Program-made: the position numbers and the translations under genes | Notes under the pieces: generated by a model | The model's input: only the letters and a program-made list of their open reading frames with translations | The model's database searches: none | Told to the model about the DNA's origin: nothing | In this document: positions 33,372 to 47,129 of the stretch, piece by piece | Layout: each line of letters begins with the position of its first letter | Position numbering within the stretch: position 1 is the first letter of the stretch | Assembly (NCBI GenBank): GCA_032718475.1 | Contig: JAUCBJ010004237.1 | Location: 608-64,607, forward strand | DNA from: Nemertoderma westbladi | Taxonomy: Eukaryota; Animalia; Xenacoelomorpha | Length of the DNA: 64,000 bases | Reading direction: 5' to 3'

Positions 33372-36300
33372 TTCTGTCTTGATTGAAGTGTCACTAAGTA
33401 TTCGCGTACCCAGCGGGTCCAAAAATGATTGGCTAGTAACTGAGCCTGGCGCCATTTACGAGTTGAGTATGTATCACTGTCATAGATGGGACCTGGTGGT
33501 AAATTGTAAGCAGGGCGCTGTAATAGAAGGTGGTTCGGAGTTAAGATTTCATCAGCTTTAGGGTCATTGGTACTAAGGCACAAGGGGCGGCTGTTTAGAA
33601 TGCACTCTACTTCTGCTAATGATGTCACTGACATGTCATCTGTGACAAGAGAATTGCCAAGGACCTGAAACAGAACTTGTTTGATTGAACGGATCAGCCA
33701 TTCATATACACCACCCATATGGGGGGTGTACGGTGTTATAAATTTCCATGTAATGCCCTTTGGGCGCAGGGCAATATCGATCTGATGTTCCCATAGTTCC
33801 AGGTTTTGCCGTAATTCTGACTCGGCACCTACGAAGTTTCTCCCATTGTCTGAAACTATTTCCTTTGGCGAACCTCTCCGTGCTTTAAAACGGAAGAACA
33901 CATTGATAAAGGCATCAGCTGATGCATCAGCAGCTACATCGAGGTGTACTGCTCTGCAGTTAAGGCACGTAAAGATAAAGGCATAACGCTTTATAGAACC
34001 TCTCCCGTATTTGACCTTTAGTGGACCAAACATATCAACGGCTGAAAACGTAAATGGCGGCTCATATGGGGTCAGTCTAGAGGACGGCAATGGCGCCATA
34101 AGCTGATTCACACGTGGAGCCTTACATTGCCGACATTTAAAGCACTTACGTATTAAAGACTTGCAGAAAGTGATAAGGCCAGGGATCCAATAGGATTCCC
34201 TTACCTTGGCAACTACTTGGTTGGGACCGGCATGTAATAAATAGATGTGCCAGTGCCATACTATGACATTTGTAAGTGGGTGTAACTTACTCAAAATTAT
34301 AGGGTGTTTTGTATCGTAGGATACTGGGGCGGAGGTAATGCGGCCACCTACCCGCAATAAACCATCCTGAGTTAGGATTGGGGCTAGATTAGCTAGTGGG
34401 CTTGAGCAAGCTACTGGGGATGATTGCAGTAACATTTGAATTTCGTTAGGATAAGATTGCCTCTGTGAGAAATAAATCAGACATCGTCCAGCATGGTGAC
34501 GTTCACTTACCGAGACAAATTTACCTTTAAGATTTAAGACCGAATTTGGATTTAAAGAATACTTGCAAAGACGTAAGATCCATGCGAACAGAGTCTGTAA
34601 TTTATTCCATGACGAATGTTTAGCTATAAGTGAACCTATAGCATTAAATGCTGTGTTAGAATCAATGTGGACATTAAGAATTATTTCAGAGTCAGGATTG
34701 TGGTATGGTGTCTGTTCTTCGACAACTATGTCAAACCAGAAGTCTGTCATGGTGATGTCATCGTTATAATCAATATCAGATGACACCAATATATGAGAAG
34801 TTAGCACATCTGGGTTATTGATTAGTGTATTAGTAATAGTTTCTGGGCATATGGTTGATACTGTCGTCCATGTTTCCTCGGGCTGAACGAGAAAAGGAGG
34901 CCCATGCCACAATTTCTGTGAATTAATGAGCTTGACTGCTGTAAGCCCACGAGTAATGTCGTCTGCAGGGTTTAAATGACCAGGTACATGTTGCCATTGT
35001 GAACTGGTTGTACGATCAAGGATATACTTAGTGCGGTTGTGAACAAAACATCGAAATTGCTTGATGGTGTTGTTTATGTACCCAAGTACGACAGTAGAGT
35101 CTGTCCAAAAATAACATTTAGCGATTGGTAAGTCTAGGGATTCTAACACAGTTTCACTTACCTGCGCTGCTAAAACTGCAGCTTGGAGCTCTAATCGAGG
35201 AACTGAATGTCCAGAGGCTGTACGAACTAACTTACCTTTGCTGAAAACGAAAGATGAATTTATTTCATTATCACTTACAGATTGGATGTACAATACTGTA
35301 CCGTAGGCCACTTTAGAAGCGTCTGAGAAAATATGTAGCTGGTAGTTGATTGGAACCGAATGGACGGGGATGTACATCCTAGGGATTTCCAGTTCGCTAA
35401 GCATAGGAAGTTGATCTCGCCACTTCATCCATTGACGTGCTGTATCTGGTGGGAGTGGGGTATCCCAGTCTAATTCCATTGACCACATTTTTGCTATAAC
35501 TAATCGACCTGCTATGATTAATTGGCAAGATAAAGTTAATGGGATCGTACAATGAGCTAGTCAAAGAGACGCATCCCCGTTTAGTTAATGGTGTGTTTTT
35601 AAGCACATAGGAGAATATGAAGTTATCTGAATTTGTGTCCCAGGAAACTCCAAGGGCACAGGTTATAGGAAGATTATCAAAATCTAAGTTAATGAAGGAT
35701 TTTGCCTTTTCTGAATCGGGAAAGGCATCTAGGAATTGTCTAGAATTGGAGGCAAATTTTGTAAGGTGAAAGCCACCTAATTTGAGGCAATCTACCATCC
35801 CAGAAGCGATGTGAATAGCTTCAGAGACAGATGCTGCACTTTTGAGGCCATCATCCACATACATGTGGCGATTAATGGCATCAATCACCTCCGGGTTAAA
35901 ATGACTGGCATTATCAATAGCAGTTCGTTTGACTGATCCTGATGCCACAAAGGAAGAATCGCAAGCACCAAATATATGTACTAACATTTGGTAAGTCTCC
36001 ACTGTGGTAGAGCCATCGGGCTGCCACAAAAAGCGAAGACTATCGGCATCGCCTGGTGTGACTCTCACCTGGTGGTACATTTCCTTTATGTCGCAGGTGA
36101 AAGCCACAGGATATTGTCTAAAACGCAAAAGAATTCCAATAAGGCTACTGGTGAGATTAGGACCTTCTAACAGTTGACTATTGAGGGACATCCCTCGGTA
36201 TAAGGCAGCAGCATCATTTACGATCCTTGTCTCACCAGGCTTGTTGGGATTCTCAACAAAATGATGGGCGAGGTAATATGTCTGTGGCCCTGGTGTTATC

Positions 36301-37307
36301 TCACATGGTAGGAGTTTGCGAGCATAACCCTTCAAGACATAATCGTCTATTTTTTGTTGATAAAGGGCATGGATATATATGTGGCTTACGATGTAGCTGA
36401 CGGATTAAATATGCGAAACTAGATTTTGCCATATTATAATTATTAATTAATAATGGAGGTGAGTCCCTCCAGAGCATTCCTACCTGATAGTGACCATCCA
36501 CTAGACGTATTGACTTAGAAAACATTTCTAATGCTTTTAAGTCATCCATGGATGGTGATAGAAACTCATCGATCAGGGGTGAGGGTTTTGGGTCTGAAGG
36601 TGAACTTTCAGCAAAACTCTGAAATTTCATCCATTGAGTGACCTGTTTAGAGATGTCGCGGTCTGTGCAAGGGTCACTGACTGTGATGTGATTAAACTGT
36701 GTTACTGTACTATTGGGTTCAACTGCTTTACAGCTCACAGGACCGATTATGCACCATCCAAATGGTGTCCTAATTGCAGAGGGATTAGGGTTCCCAGCCT
36801 TTGGGAATACATGTACATCCCTAGCTAGGGCCTCAGGATGGTTACCACCAACCAGAATTGTGATTGATGGGATATCAAGATTAGGGCAGCATGTCACATA
36901 TGGCAATATGTGATCTAAGTGCTGGAGCGTTTTAGGACACAGTTGTGTTACATCATATGAGTAATCCCTTTTGAAATCGGGGGCTACAAATACTTGAGGC
37001 ATGTTGATGACAAAATTGGGTTTAATTTCTGGCTGTCCTTTGATAGGTGAGATACTACATGATATTTCCCCTAAAGAAACAGACATATTTGATTGGAAGA
37101 CAGTACTAACATTAAGAGAAGTAGTTTCGGGAATGATACCAAGAGTATCAGTTACATTTTTGTCAACAAATGTCGCAGTAGACCAATCAGTGCATCAGAG
37201 CAGTGCATATGTAGTGAGTGATTTATTGGCAATGCATATGGTTACTGGGACTACTGATAACCATACGGGTTGTACTTTGGCAATTGATAAGTGTACAGAC
37301 ATGGAAT
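33372..37307 (-). mobile_element. pol: Internal fragment of a second BEL/Pao family (protease-RT-RNase H-integrase), frameshifted
   Basis: TPFGW, RIVNDAAA, DIKEMYHQV, MYVDD, YDP, FSDAS, PRLEL, WTDS, NPADD, HHCC, AVDMFGP, SDNGRNF. Confidence 0.93.
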
Positions 37308-37808
37308 TGTACGATGGAACTGAAACATTATTACAGTTACATTATTGGCTGCCCCCATTCACAGCCGTTTATCCTATACAGATAAACAGCTGTATTATTC
37401 CCTTCACTCCTGTTCAGCTACATTAGGTAGGTATCTCCACTGCGCTACAACCCCTTATTACCCATTAACCAATCAAGGCCCACCACTCTGTCACCCCTAT
37501 TATTACCTCACTGTATTTCTACAGCTTACCGAGCTCAACATTACTCATTCACTATAGTTGATCTCATTCCGCAGTTTCCCAAACGGAAACTCCCCCTATT
37601 AACACTCTTCATTACATTGTATTCTTGACTCTTACGATATTTTTACGTTTATATTATTAGATCTCTTATTATGTATTCATGTTCTTGTATTTCTGTATAT
37701 CTTATTACCCCTTACCGCTTATAATCCTATATTATTATCTTATATATTGTATATAATAAATACGCTCCTAATTGCCAATCAAATAAACAAATTATTCTTC
37801 TTTATACA
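37308..37808 (+). repeat. Probable solo LTR (501 bp)
   Basis: TGTA...TACA ends, AATAAA near the right end on the plus strand, flanks GGAAT/GTAAT (5-bp TSD with one mismatch). Confidence 0.65.
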
Positions 37809-37850
37809 GTAATAATGTAATGGACAATTGTATGTGTAATATTCAGTCAG

Positions 37851-38047
37851 TGCATATCAGCACATACAGATGTTGTATAATCTACGGTACAGTTAGTATA
37901 TCGCAGTTTGCTAGAAATACCAAGTAATTATAACAATTTCATAACATACTTACAACCTACCTATAGTGCTTATTATTGACAATGATTTTAATATAAATCG
38001 AAATATATTTGCCTTATTGAGCTCCAAATATTAAAAACATTTCTAAT
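37851..38047 (+). repeat. Inverted repeat arm with a hammerhead-like core at 37976-38007
   Basis: Reverse complement of 32703-32899. Confidence 0.8.
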
Positions 38048-38879
38048 AATAATAATAAAAATAAAAATATTAGGCTAAAAACTGAAAACTTTTTACCTGT
38101 AACTCGACAGAGTCAAATATGTAAAGTGATGATCTGATTTGTGTGTTGCTCTTATGTGTTTTAGTGGAATTTTGAAGGAATTTTCTGGAGTGCCAATTGG
38201 GTTGTATCGGGAATAGGTTTGAATCAGATGAAATAATAATCATGGAACAATAAAAAAATTACATGATGTCACTAGGGGGACCAAGTCTGACCATGTAGTT
38301 GACCAGCATTCATTCATGGGTTGTTTAAATGCGACCAATAAATTTAAAGGTTATGAGACTATGAAAAAATCAGACAGTAGACAAGTAATTTTTGACAGAA
38401 TGTTGAAAAAGTTTAAGATTGTTAATGTCTGGAGAAAAGCCCATTGCTCTATATTATTGTGTTCCTTATTAAAATAATTAATCGAGTTTATCTGTCTAGA
38501 CCTGCCTCGATCAATGAAAAATACGTGATTACCCTTGGTGCCATTGTGACACATCATTCATGATTATACTAAGAGTATACTAAGAGTATACTAGAACCGG
38601 AAATGTCTGATATGCCGCGGTTGAAAGGGGCAATTAGGATTTCATGACAACTCCACGTGAAACTTGAACTGAATCAACATCCAGTCCCTTTACCGTTATG
38701 GTTTACTAAATCATCCGCTTGTAAGTTATCAAATCTGACTCAAATAGATAACTTGGCAGTTTACATACACAACGTGAGGATGATTGGTAGACTGATACAA
38801 CAACAATTAAGGAATTACTCCAGTTGAAGTACTACAACAAAATTGGGAGACCACATTACTCAAACAAGGTTATTCGATT

Positions 38880-39340
38880 TGCACTAATGATACTATGTAA
38901 TAATAGGTATACTTCAGCCCAAGCATGTAGATTATTGTAGAAAGAGATCCCATCCCATTGCCATCGTTCTCTCTTCTAAATCAACTCCAATGCGGTGGGG
39001 TGGATTCAATGGAGGCGCTAACAGCCCAGATTAAGAAGAATGCAATTGATAAGAATGTTATTCTGCTTATAGATGGGATGAAACTTGAAAAGGCTGCTAG
39101 ATACAGCCAATGAGATTTTGTTGGGATGAGTGATGACAGGTATTTATATACGGAAATAATTTGTTTTATGGTGGTGAGTGTCATAAAGGGAGCTATGTAT
39201 ATTTTAAGAACAGTCCCAGTCGTTTCACTTAAATAAATCCAACTGGCAAACAAATGAAATTGTGTCTGATTCGAATGATTTGTATTCTGTAGAATTGATA
39301 ATTAGAGCCATTATTATGGACAACAAACTGTATAAATATG
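38880..39340 (+). pseudogene. P-element/THAP9-type transposase remnant
   Basis: RYTSAQA..., LQCGGVDSMEAL...VILLIDGMKLEKAARY...FVGMSDDRYLYTEIICFMVVSV, with stops and frameshifts. Confidence 0.6.
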
Positions 39341-39529
39341 TCTAAATGAATCTGAGTCCACCTAATACATCTATACATATTGGGTAATCAATTTGGTGGA
39401 CAGTAGTCACAAAGCTAGACAATCTATAAAGTAGTTACTTCATATAGAACATAGCGCAAACAAAGATTAAACAAGAACTAAGTGAGATTATTCCAACTTG
39501 ACAATTTTTGATCTTCAAACAAATAGCTA

Positions 39530-39619
39530 ATGGACAATCCGAATCCAAACTATAGTGGTAAAAATTACGATGCCGTGAAGGACGGAAGATTAAAGGCTAA
39601 AGGAAAACAGGTTCCTCAT
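39530..39619 (+). pseudogene. Probable N-terminus of the partiti-like capsid EVE, cut off by the hATm insertion
   Basis: ATG 39530 MDNPNPNYSGKNYDAVKDGRLKAKGKQVPH continues in frame as GPPKPLNKP after the TSD at 45108. Confidence 0.55.
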
Positions 39620-40529
39620 TAGGGTAGATCGAAAAACACTTTTTCGAAATTTTGATTTTCTGTATGAAAACTATTTGAGAAATTTATCAAAACGATGTAA
39701 ACGCAAAACGAAAAATAATTTCGTGCCCATTTGACCCCAGCACATCTAAAGTGAAAAGTTAAATTTTTTAATTTTTTTTTAAATTTTTAAAATTTTTGCA
39801 AAATTTTAAGTTATTTTTTTATTTATTTACTGATAGTTCAAAATGTTAATAGAATCTTAAATACTAACAGAAAAAAAGAAATTTGGTAATATTATATATT
39901 TTAACCCCAGCACATAGGTCTTGTAGTCAGGTATTATTTTGACGCAAATAGATTATTACTAAAATTCTCTTGGCTAGAAGATTCGATTTTATAACCAATG
40001 CGTTTTATGTTGTTTAAATTCAACACAGCAACAATTTAGTTCCATAAAATTTAAATTATAATTGGCACATTTCAACTCATTCAAATTAAAAATGTCACAA
40101 TTTGACAGAATTTAAAAAATTTAAAAAATATAAATTCATTTCAATTATGAACCATAAGCTTTCAACTGCATCGCTCTATGACATAGAGTGGAAACTTCTA
40201 AGTCCATTCCCAAGTAATTAATAACAAATTTATGAGTACAAAGAAACATGTATGTGAAGCATTTAATAATTACAAGGCTACACACTACACAAATTACAAC
40301 CACGTTGTAAGGCATCACTAAACATGTGGCTCGCCCCAATATGTCTATACTACAGTATTTAAGTTTACAGAGATGTTGACCTCTGCCTAAAAATTATATC
40401 AGTTTTTACTTTCAGTTTAGTACGTTTTATGGTTTACTTTTTTTAGGAAATTTACAACTTAACACATATAAACTTTATACAGTATACGTATTATCAGCTG
40501 CTTTTAGCAAGTTTTAAAGTATTTTTTAC

Positions 40530-43500
40530 TTGTAAATTTTGGCATTTCACGTCGAGAAGCTAGTAGGGTTCGAATGTACCCATCTCTGCATTGTTTGCAA
40601 ACTACATGTTTAGATGCAATAGAGACACATTGCACCAACTCTGGGAGTGGCAAGGGAATCTCCATGTAATGGGACCCTCTTGTAATAGTTCATAAAGTTT
40701 AGGTAATGCTATCTTGCAGATCAGTGGTGGTTGCAATAGGTCACTGTTACTCTACTAGATCGTCCATTGTATTTTCTTGGAAGGTCAATTTTAGGTTTTT
40801 GAAAACTCTCAGCTTACTTATTTCAGCTAGATTATTGACTCGCACTTTACGTATTAAATCGTATGCTTATATTCTAGTGACCAATACATCACTTGACATC
40901 ATATTAAGGATAACATTCTCAACATGTGCATAATAGACACCTTCTTGGAGAACTGGGAAGATAACCATCTTTTCATTTTTTTTTCATATTAAACCAAACT
41001 GGCACATAAATGTGAATGACAAAGAAGGAGAGACGTTGGAGAGCATTAGAAGGTTCGCTTACAGTGACATAATGACGCAATATTCTTGAAGACGTTGTGA
41101 GCCATCTGGAATGATTGACAGGACCAGGTTTCATATTAACTAACTTTTCGCCAATTTCTCCACTCATTACAGCTTTACACATATCTAGAAGGTACTTCTG
41201 GTCGTTTGAAAGTTCGCCACAAATTGGATAAGGAATTGCGGATTGGGGATTGGAACAAATGGAACAGGTTTTACCGAGTGGCATTCTTGTATCTTTTTAC
41301 CAATTGCGCCGGAAAATTAGTTGACACCAGTTGTAGGTCCATCTAGTTTACACATTAAATGGCGGAAAGGGAGTTCATTTAGATGGAGCAAACATATTGC
41401 ACGTTGTATATATATATATTAAAATCCGGGATGGCCCCGGTGCTATAATAATATCCATTCAAAATTGGCATTATAAATTAAAATTTACATTAACATTTCT
41501 TTTAGTACTGATAGTCGTGCAAAAGTGTTTAAGTTATATTTATTTAAAATATCAATACAATAAATAGATAAAAACTCCTCTTTGTGAGACATAAGATCAT
41601 TACATGTTTTCTTAACTTTGTTGCCACATTGTTTGGTAGAATAACTTGACACAGCTAGGGACAATAAGTTAGGTAACTCGTATTCCCATGACGAAATTTT
41701 ATAAGAAGAGAACATGTCTATGGTAGACCCAATACAATGATCACAGAGGATATTCGTGAAGAGCCATGTTATCTTAGAATTTCCGGTATTGAATATCCGA
41801 TGGATGAAATTGAATTGTTGTAGCCTTAGTAGCACCTCTATATTCAAGTCAAACAACTTATATAACATATAGTTTGATATCTTGTTGTCTAAATGTAGAA
41901 TCGAGCGCATAGCCTTTCTTATCTGTTTCGCAATAACATCAATGTTATTAGAAGATAGACTTGCTGCTCCATAGATAATACTTGGGATACAAATCACATT
42001 CCATATCAGTTTGGTTATTTTTAAGGGGACATCGGTAATTGAAAACCCATTCCGGGTCATTTGAGCTGCATTACCCCAAATCTTCCCATTTAGAAAAGAA
42101 AACATTGATGCTTGATCGCAAGGAATAGGCAATCCCATATACTTGCATACTAGCGTTGATGTAATTGTCTCCCCATTGAAAACTATATTGTCGTCTAATA
42201 TGGCCTTCCCCTTGGTATCTAGCGAAATAAAATGACACTTTGTTATATTTAGCTGCAAGTCGTGTTCTTGAAAATAGTTCGATGATATGTTCAGCAGATT
42301 TATGAGGTCTATTTTCATGTTCGAAATTAATATTATGTCATCAGCATAATTTACTACTGCAAATGAATGTTGCCCTATATGAACACCCAAGCCGCTTTGT
42401 TCCATCTCATCAATAAGGTCTTTCAAGTAGAAATTGAATAAAAGAGGAGATAGGATTCCCCCTTGACGTACACCTTTCTGAATAGGGATTGAAGTTTTAA
42501 TTCTATGACCGTCAGCTGTTATAAATGCTTTGGATTGGGAGTAGAAAGAATCTAAAGCATCGATAATATTGGGATTTAACTCAGTCTTTCTTCTGTTTAA
42601 ATTACTTAATAATTTATAAATAAATAATTATTAATAAAAATTATTATTTATTACATAGGAAAAAAGTAGAACTTTTTTTCACTATTCTCGGGGCATTTTA
42701 TTTGCTGAGCGCCAGCGAAAAAATAAAAAATAAAATGTTCTACAGTACGTTTTTTTCCCATGTATTACGTAATTTTATTCTTAAATTGGTATTTTTTTTA
42801 TGCTTAATTCTTTAATAAAACATACAGTGGTATAGTGTTACAAAATAAAATGAACAGTAGTAAAATCAATGCCATCCTATTCGAGCGAAAAGGTAACAAT
42901 TTAAGAATAAAATATATTATTAATTATTGAATTTTAGATTAATGACTGCATTTTTTTAAATTTTTAATAATAAAAAAGTTTTCAAATAAAATAAAAACAA
43001 ATAATAGAACCGGGATGCAAAAAATCTGCCCATGTGGGTAGTCTACCATATAACCTGCTACTCTACTGTAATATAGGGTAGACTTACCAACTTCTAGCTT
43101 CTTTAGAGAAATTTCTCTGGATTCAAAATACTCGAGAATAGATGATGTTATACACATAGACTTTCCGGAGTCTGGAGTAATGTGACCTATATAATTGGAC
43201 CCAGGTTCATCCAAAAGAACAATGTGTTCTTCTTTTATGAATCGACCCCTAGTTGCTAGTGTTACATCTCGCCTACCATCAAAATAAATTCCAGCTGGTT
43301 CTGTAATCTTTGATTCATTTTGTATATGTTCCCTAAACTTCTTCCGCTGGCGTCTTATTTTGTTCCGGTCCACAACTGGTGAAACTATACCCTCAACGCT
43401 GGTGTCCTGCAATGTGGCAGAACATATGGCAGCAGCAGCAGTGTCACTTAGTTGAATCTATCAGACAGTTTTGCAATGGGGGGATATTGAGCTCGGTTTT

Positions 43501-44172
43501 GCCGATTGATTGAAGGACGAACTGATGGCCGTGGTTTATATGTTGTATCACGTCGATCATCATCAACAATACTCTCTGGGGAGTCACCAAAGTCTAAGGA
43601 ATGTAAAACTTCAGTTATGGAAGCAGATTCCTCAAATTGTCGTTTTTGAGACAAACGAAGTCGCTGTGTTTTGGCAGCGTCCAATTTTGCTGAAATTATC
43701 ATCTTCCTATGACTCCTTTGATCCTGGAGAAAAGCTCTTTCACATTCAGGAACTTTCCTCTCTATTGGACAATCACAGCCAGCATCACTAGAACATTTAC
43801 AGAGAGCTATATCAAATAATAACGAAAGTTTGTTTTCATAAGTTTGGAACTGAGAAACAATTTTCTCATTTAATCGTCGATTAGTTGGGATTTTCTTTAG
43901 TTTTTTACTTATATTGAAAAATCCTTGATTCGGGTACCTAGTTGTGTTACAGATGAAACAGCTGGTATTCCTAATTTATTCCAGATTCCTATTACAGTAT
44001 TGGCACAACTTCTTGCTTCTTCATCAGTATTTGACATGCCTGTCTGCTTCTGCTCACGGAGAAAAAGTAGGTGCTTCATGCATTCTAAGGCCGTGGGAAG
44101 TTCGTTAGCTGTATCCAGATCTAATTTTTGGGAAGTTCCAAAAAACTCATAATTCCCCTTAGAGCGTAACAT
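40530..44172 (-). pseudogene. hATm transposase, fragmented
   Basis: ORF pieces 44172-43909, 43702-43448, 43412-43088 and about 41400-40973. Likely GTAAG splice donor at 43087. Confidence 0.8.
41407..42600 (-). mobile_element. 5'-truncated non-LTR retrotransposon (RT C-terminal part) nested in the hATm
   Basis: GVRQGGILSPLLFNFY, NYADD, CKYMG, PSIIYG. Short 3' UTR and (TA)n tail at about 41407-41419. Confidence 0.85.
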
Positions 44173-45107
44173 TATCTAAAACTATAGGCTACGACTCCTG
44201 CCAAGCTGACAGGAATACAGATCTATTATTACCTAAAGGCTTAAAAAGTAGGCCTTTAATGGACGTCTAGCTAGTAGAATAGAGCTAGGCCCTACTGTAT
44301 ACATGAAACAGGTACTAATAATACTTCCAGCTGATATGAGATGCACTAAGCTTAGGGCCTATAGTAGCCCTTCACTATGCTAAGCATAAGCCATACAATA
44401 TACAGTACTGCATAACTTTACCGGTACTGATGTGGTAGGTAAGCCTACCGAAATTGGTTTCAGTATTAGACTAGCTAAATCGAGTTAAAGTTAGTTCAGT
44501 ACTAAGAAGTTCAAGAATACGGACCAAGAACATTATGGTTCAGATTAAAATTTAAAACTCCCTCCAAAATATCCGATTAAAGAATAAAGATGTTTGTTAT
44601 CAATTTCATGTAATTGAGTTTGAATTTAATGAAACAAAATGTGAGATTTTTAATATGAACGAGTTGAAATGTAACCCACTGAAAATTTATTTAAATTTTG
44701 TTTATGGTGTTTGTAAAAAACTAATCTTCTAGGAGAATTTTAGTAATAATCTACATTTGCATTAAAATGATACACCTGACTACAAGACCTATGTGCTGGG
44801 GTTATAATATATAATATTACCAAATTTCTTTTTTAGAAATGTTTTGTTTCGGTATTTAAGATTCTATTAACATTTTGAACTATCAGAAAATAAAAAAAAA
44901 ATAACTTAAATTTTTCAAAAATTTTCAAAATTTAAAAAAAAATAAAAAAATTTAAATTTTCACTTTAGATGTGCTGGGGTCAAATGGGCACGAAATTATT
45001 TTTCGTTTTCCGTTTACATCGTTTTGATAAATTTCTCAAATAGTTTTCATACAGAAAATCACAATTTCGAAAAAAAGTGTTTTTCGATCTACTACCCTAT
45101 TCCTCAT

Positions 45108-46145
45108 GGACCTCCTAAGCCACTAAATAAACCAATAGCTAACCCAACATTACACCATCTCTTGCCACAAATGTCTTTGTACCTGATAATGTTACTCTGA
45201 ATGAAGAGAACAATTTTAAGCTATTCCACGTGAGCTGCGCAGGATACTTCGACATAGTGGACCAAACTTATGGTCAAATAGTTATCGACAATAGAGATTT
45301 TGCTCGATCTGTTTGTCCTGAATTATTTCGATATTACGCAACAGGGGTGTTATGGCTTCGTATTATCGAAAATAAATCTAAGCTCGGAACACCACACTAA
45401 CTGACGCTGAACACGAAATTAAATATTTAAACGCGAATCAGGTCCTTAATGTTACAGAGCCATTACACCTTTATCTATGCGAGATAGGCCTAACAACAAC
45501 CTCAAATGGCGAGAGGTTCTATCCAACTTTTCCCGAACTACCGACAATTCCAGTTGGAAATCAGGGTGGATACTTTGGACAAATTACCATTGCATCACAC
45601 ACAGTCTATGAGGAAATACCATGTTTAGGCATCGTCGTGGAGGCATGCAGACACACTACAGTCGAAGCAGATATTGTCTACCATTCTGTGCTAAACACAC
45701 AGCAAAATGTAGTAAATCGTAACCTGCTAGGCTATGGCCCGTTGAGTCAACGCAGATCAGGGGTTTTATCTCTCCTGACAGCTTTGGATATCACCATCGA
45801 TCGGTTCCCCGAAGATGTTCCTAATACTGCATTTAACCTTAGTGTAATGCGTGAATTATAAGATCATCTGTTGCAGGTCCAAACATTCAAGATATCCCCA
45901 ATTTAATTCGCTACATTAACTTGTATTGGAGGAATATCTCAAACGCTGATCTGCCATACCAGAAACGTCAATCCACCACCAACTCTGGCAAAACATTCCG
46001 ACATATATATATTGTTACTGTCCAGAGACACTCAGACAACAGTAGGTGTAGCTATGACGTTCCTATTCCAATATAGGAGACCAGGAACCAATGCCATGAT
46101 ACCAACATGGGCATGTCTTACTCCTACACACGAACACCCTTACCC
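45108..46145 (+). pseudogene. Endogenous partiti-like dsRNA virus capsid gene (EVE), decayed
   Basis: Joined frames give ELFRYYATGVLWLRII...LNVTEPLHLYLCEIG...PTFPELP...GGYFG...HTVYEEIPCLG...NLLGY...GVAMTFLFQ...WAC, a pattern I associate with invertebrate partiti-like capsids. Frameshifts near 45160 and 45390; stops at 45859 and about 45904. Confidence 0.65.
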
Positions 46146-46429
46146 TGTATGTAAACGCCACTAAGTTAAAACCTGGTGGTTTTCCCTCAATATCCGGAAC
46201 AGTAGTTTTGTGTCATATGACACAAAACACACTGGTTAGGATCCTGCACCAACTCAGATCCCGTCACAGTCAAAACCATCGACATGAGTTAGTAAACCTA
46301 CGAGTTAACCAGGACAGGAAAACTATGATGCCAATGACACGCAAACAGCACCAACGAGATGAGCAAACCAGGAGAGACTCCCCAGAGTTCTGAGAAGGGA
46401 GGGAGTTAGCCGTATACTCCCAGTGACAG

Positions 46430-46665
46430 CGTTCGTACTAGTGACAGCGATGTCAATTATGAAAAGGATGGTTCAATCAGTGGTGACAGCAAGGAGGATG
46501 ATGTTATTGATATCAACAAATGTAGAAAATGTCTCATACAATTCTGGCCCTCTGATATCAAAAAATTGTTGGATGTGATTCATGTGACAGGTGGTATCAT
46601 AAATCCTGCACTGCTGCGTTTGCGTGGGTCGATACAGAAGCAAACATTGACAATATTGTCTTCAA
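46430..46665 (+). pseudogene. Acidic linker + PHD-finger remnant, likely a transposase C-terminus
   Basis: CRKC...IVGCDSCDRWYHKSC...YC across a frameshift. Confidence 0.5.
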
Positions 46666-47129
46666 CTTTATATATTATCATGAGTTCAATTAACAATTTG
46701 GTCAATTGAATTGCAGAGGAAACATACTCACCCGCATAGGGCCTTTTTTAATTGAATGACTTGAATCGCATTTTAATTGATATTAATAGGGTGTTGGATA
46801 GTTTCAAATTTGAAAAAAACTTACTGGAATCGCTTTGTGTTTAGAGTTGAAATCAGTAGGCCTAGGCCAGCACTTCTAACCTATGTAATATGTTGGTACT
46901 GTATATCCAATTCATGCAATATTTGTAGATATTTACTTATTTTGCGGCTTTAATACTGTTAATATACTGTTATCTTCATTGCAATATGTAGGAATTAAGC
47001 TGTTATTGTTCAGTTTTTTTGGGCTGTTTTTTTTAAAACCTTGTCTGTGGGCCAATGTTGTAATGAGCTACTACTGTAGTACATTATCCATGATGGTTAT
47101 TTGGTAGTTAGTATCACATTGAACGGCAA

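Larger units (their letters stand above)
39620..45099 (-). mobile_element. hAT superfamily (hATm-type) DNA transposon with long TIRs
   Basis: Ends TAGGGTAG.../...CTACCCTA. 8-bp TSD TTCCTCAT at 39612-39619 and 45100-45107. TIRs of about 350-480 bp. Transposase motifs YFDGRRD, EEHIVLLDEPGS, CLLHLNELP, LSNDQKYL, PGPVNHSRWLTT. Confidence 0.92.

Noticed and set aside
32908-37800. Intact BEL provirus bounded by 345-bp LTRs
   Set aside because: The repeats have opposite polarity to pol, the left copy lacks both LTR ends, gag is absent and there is no shared TSD.
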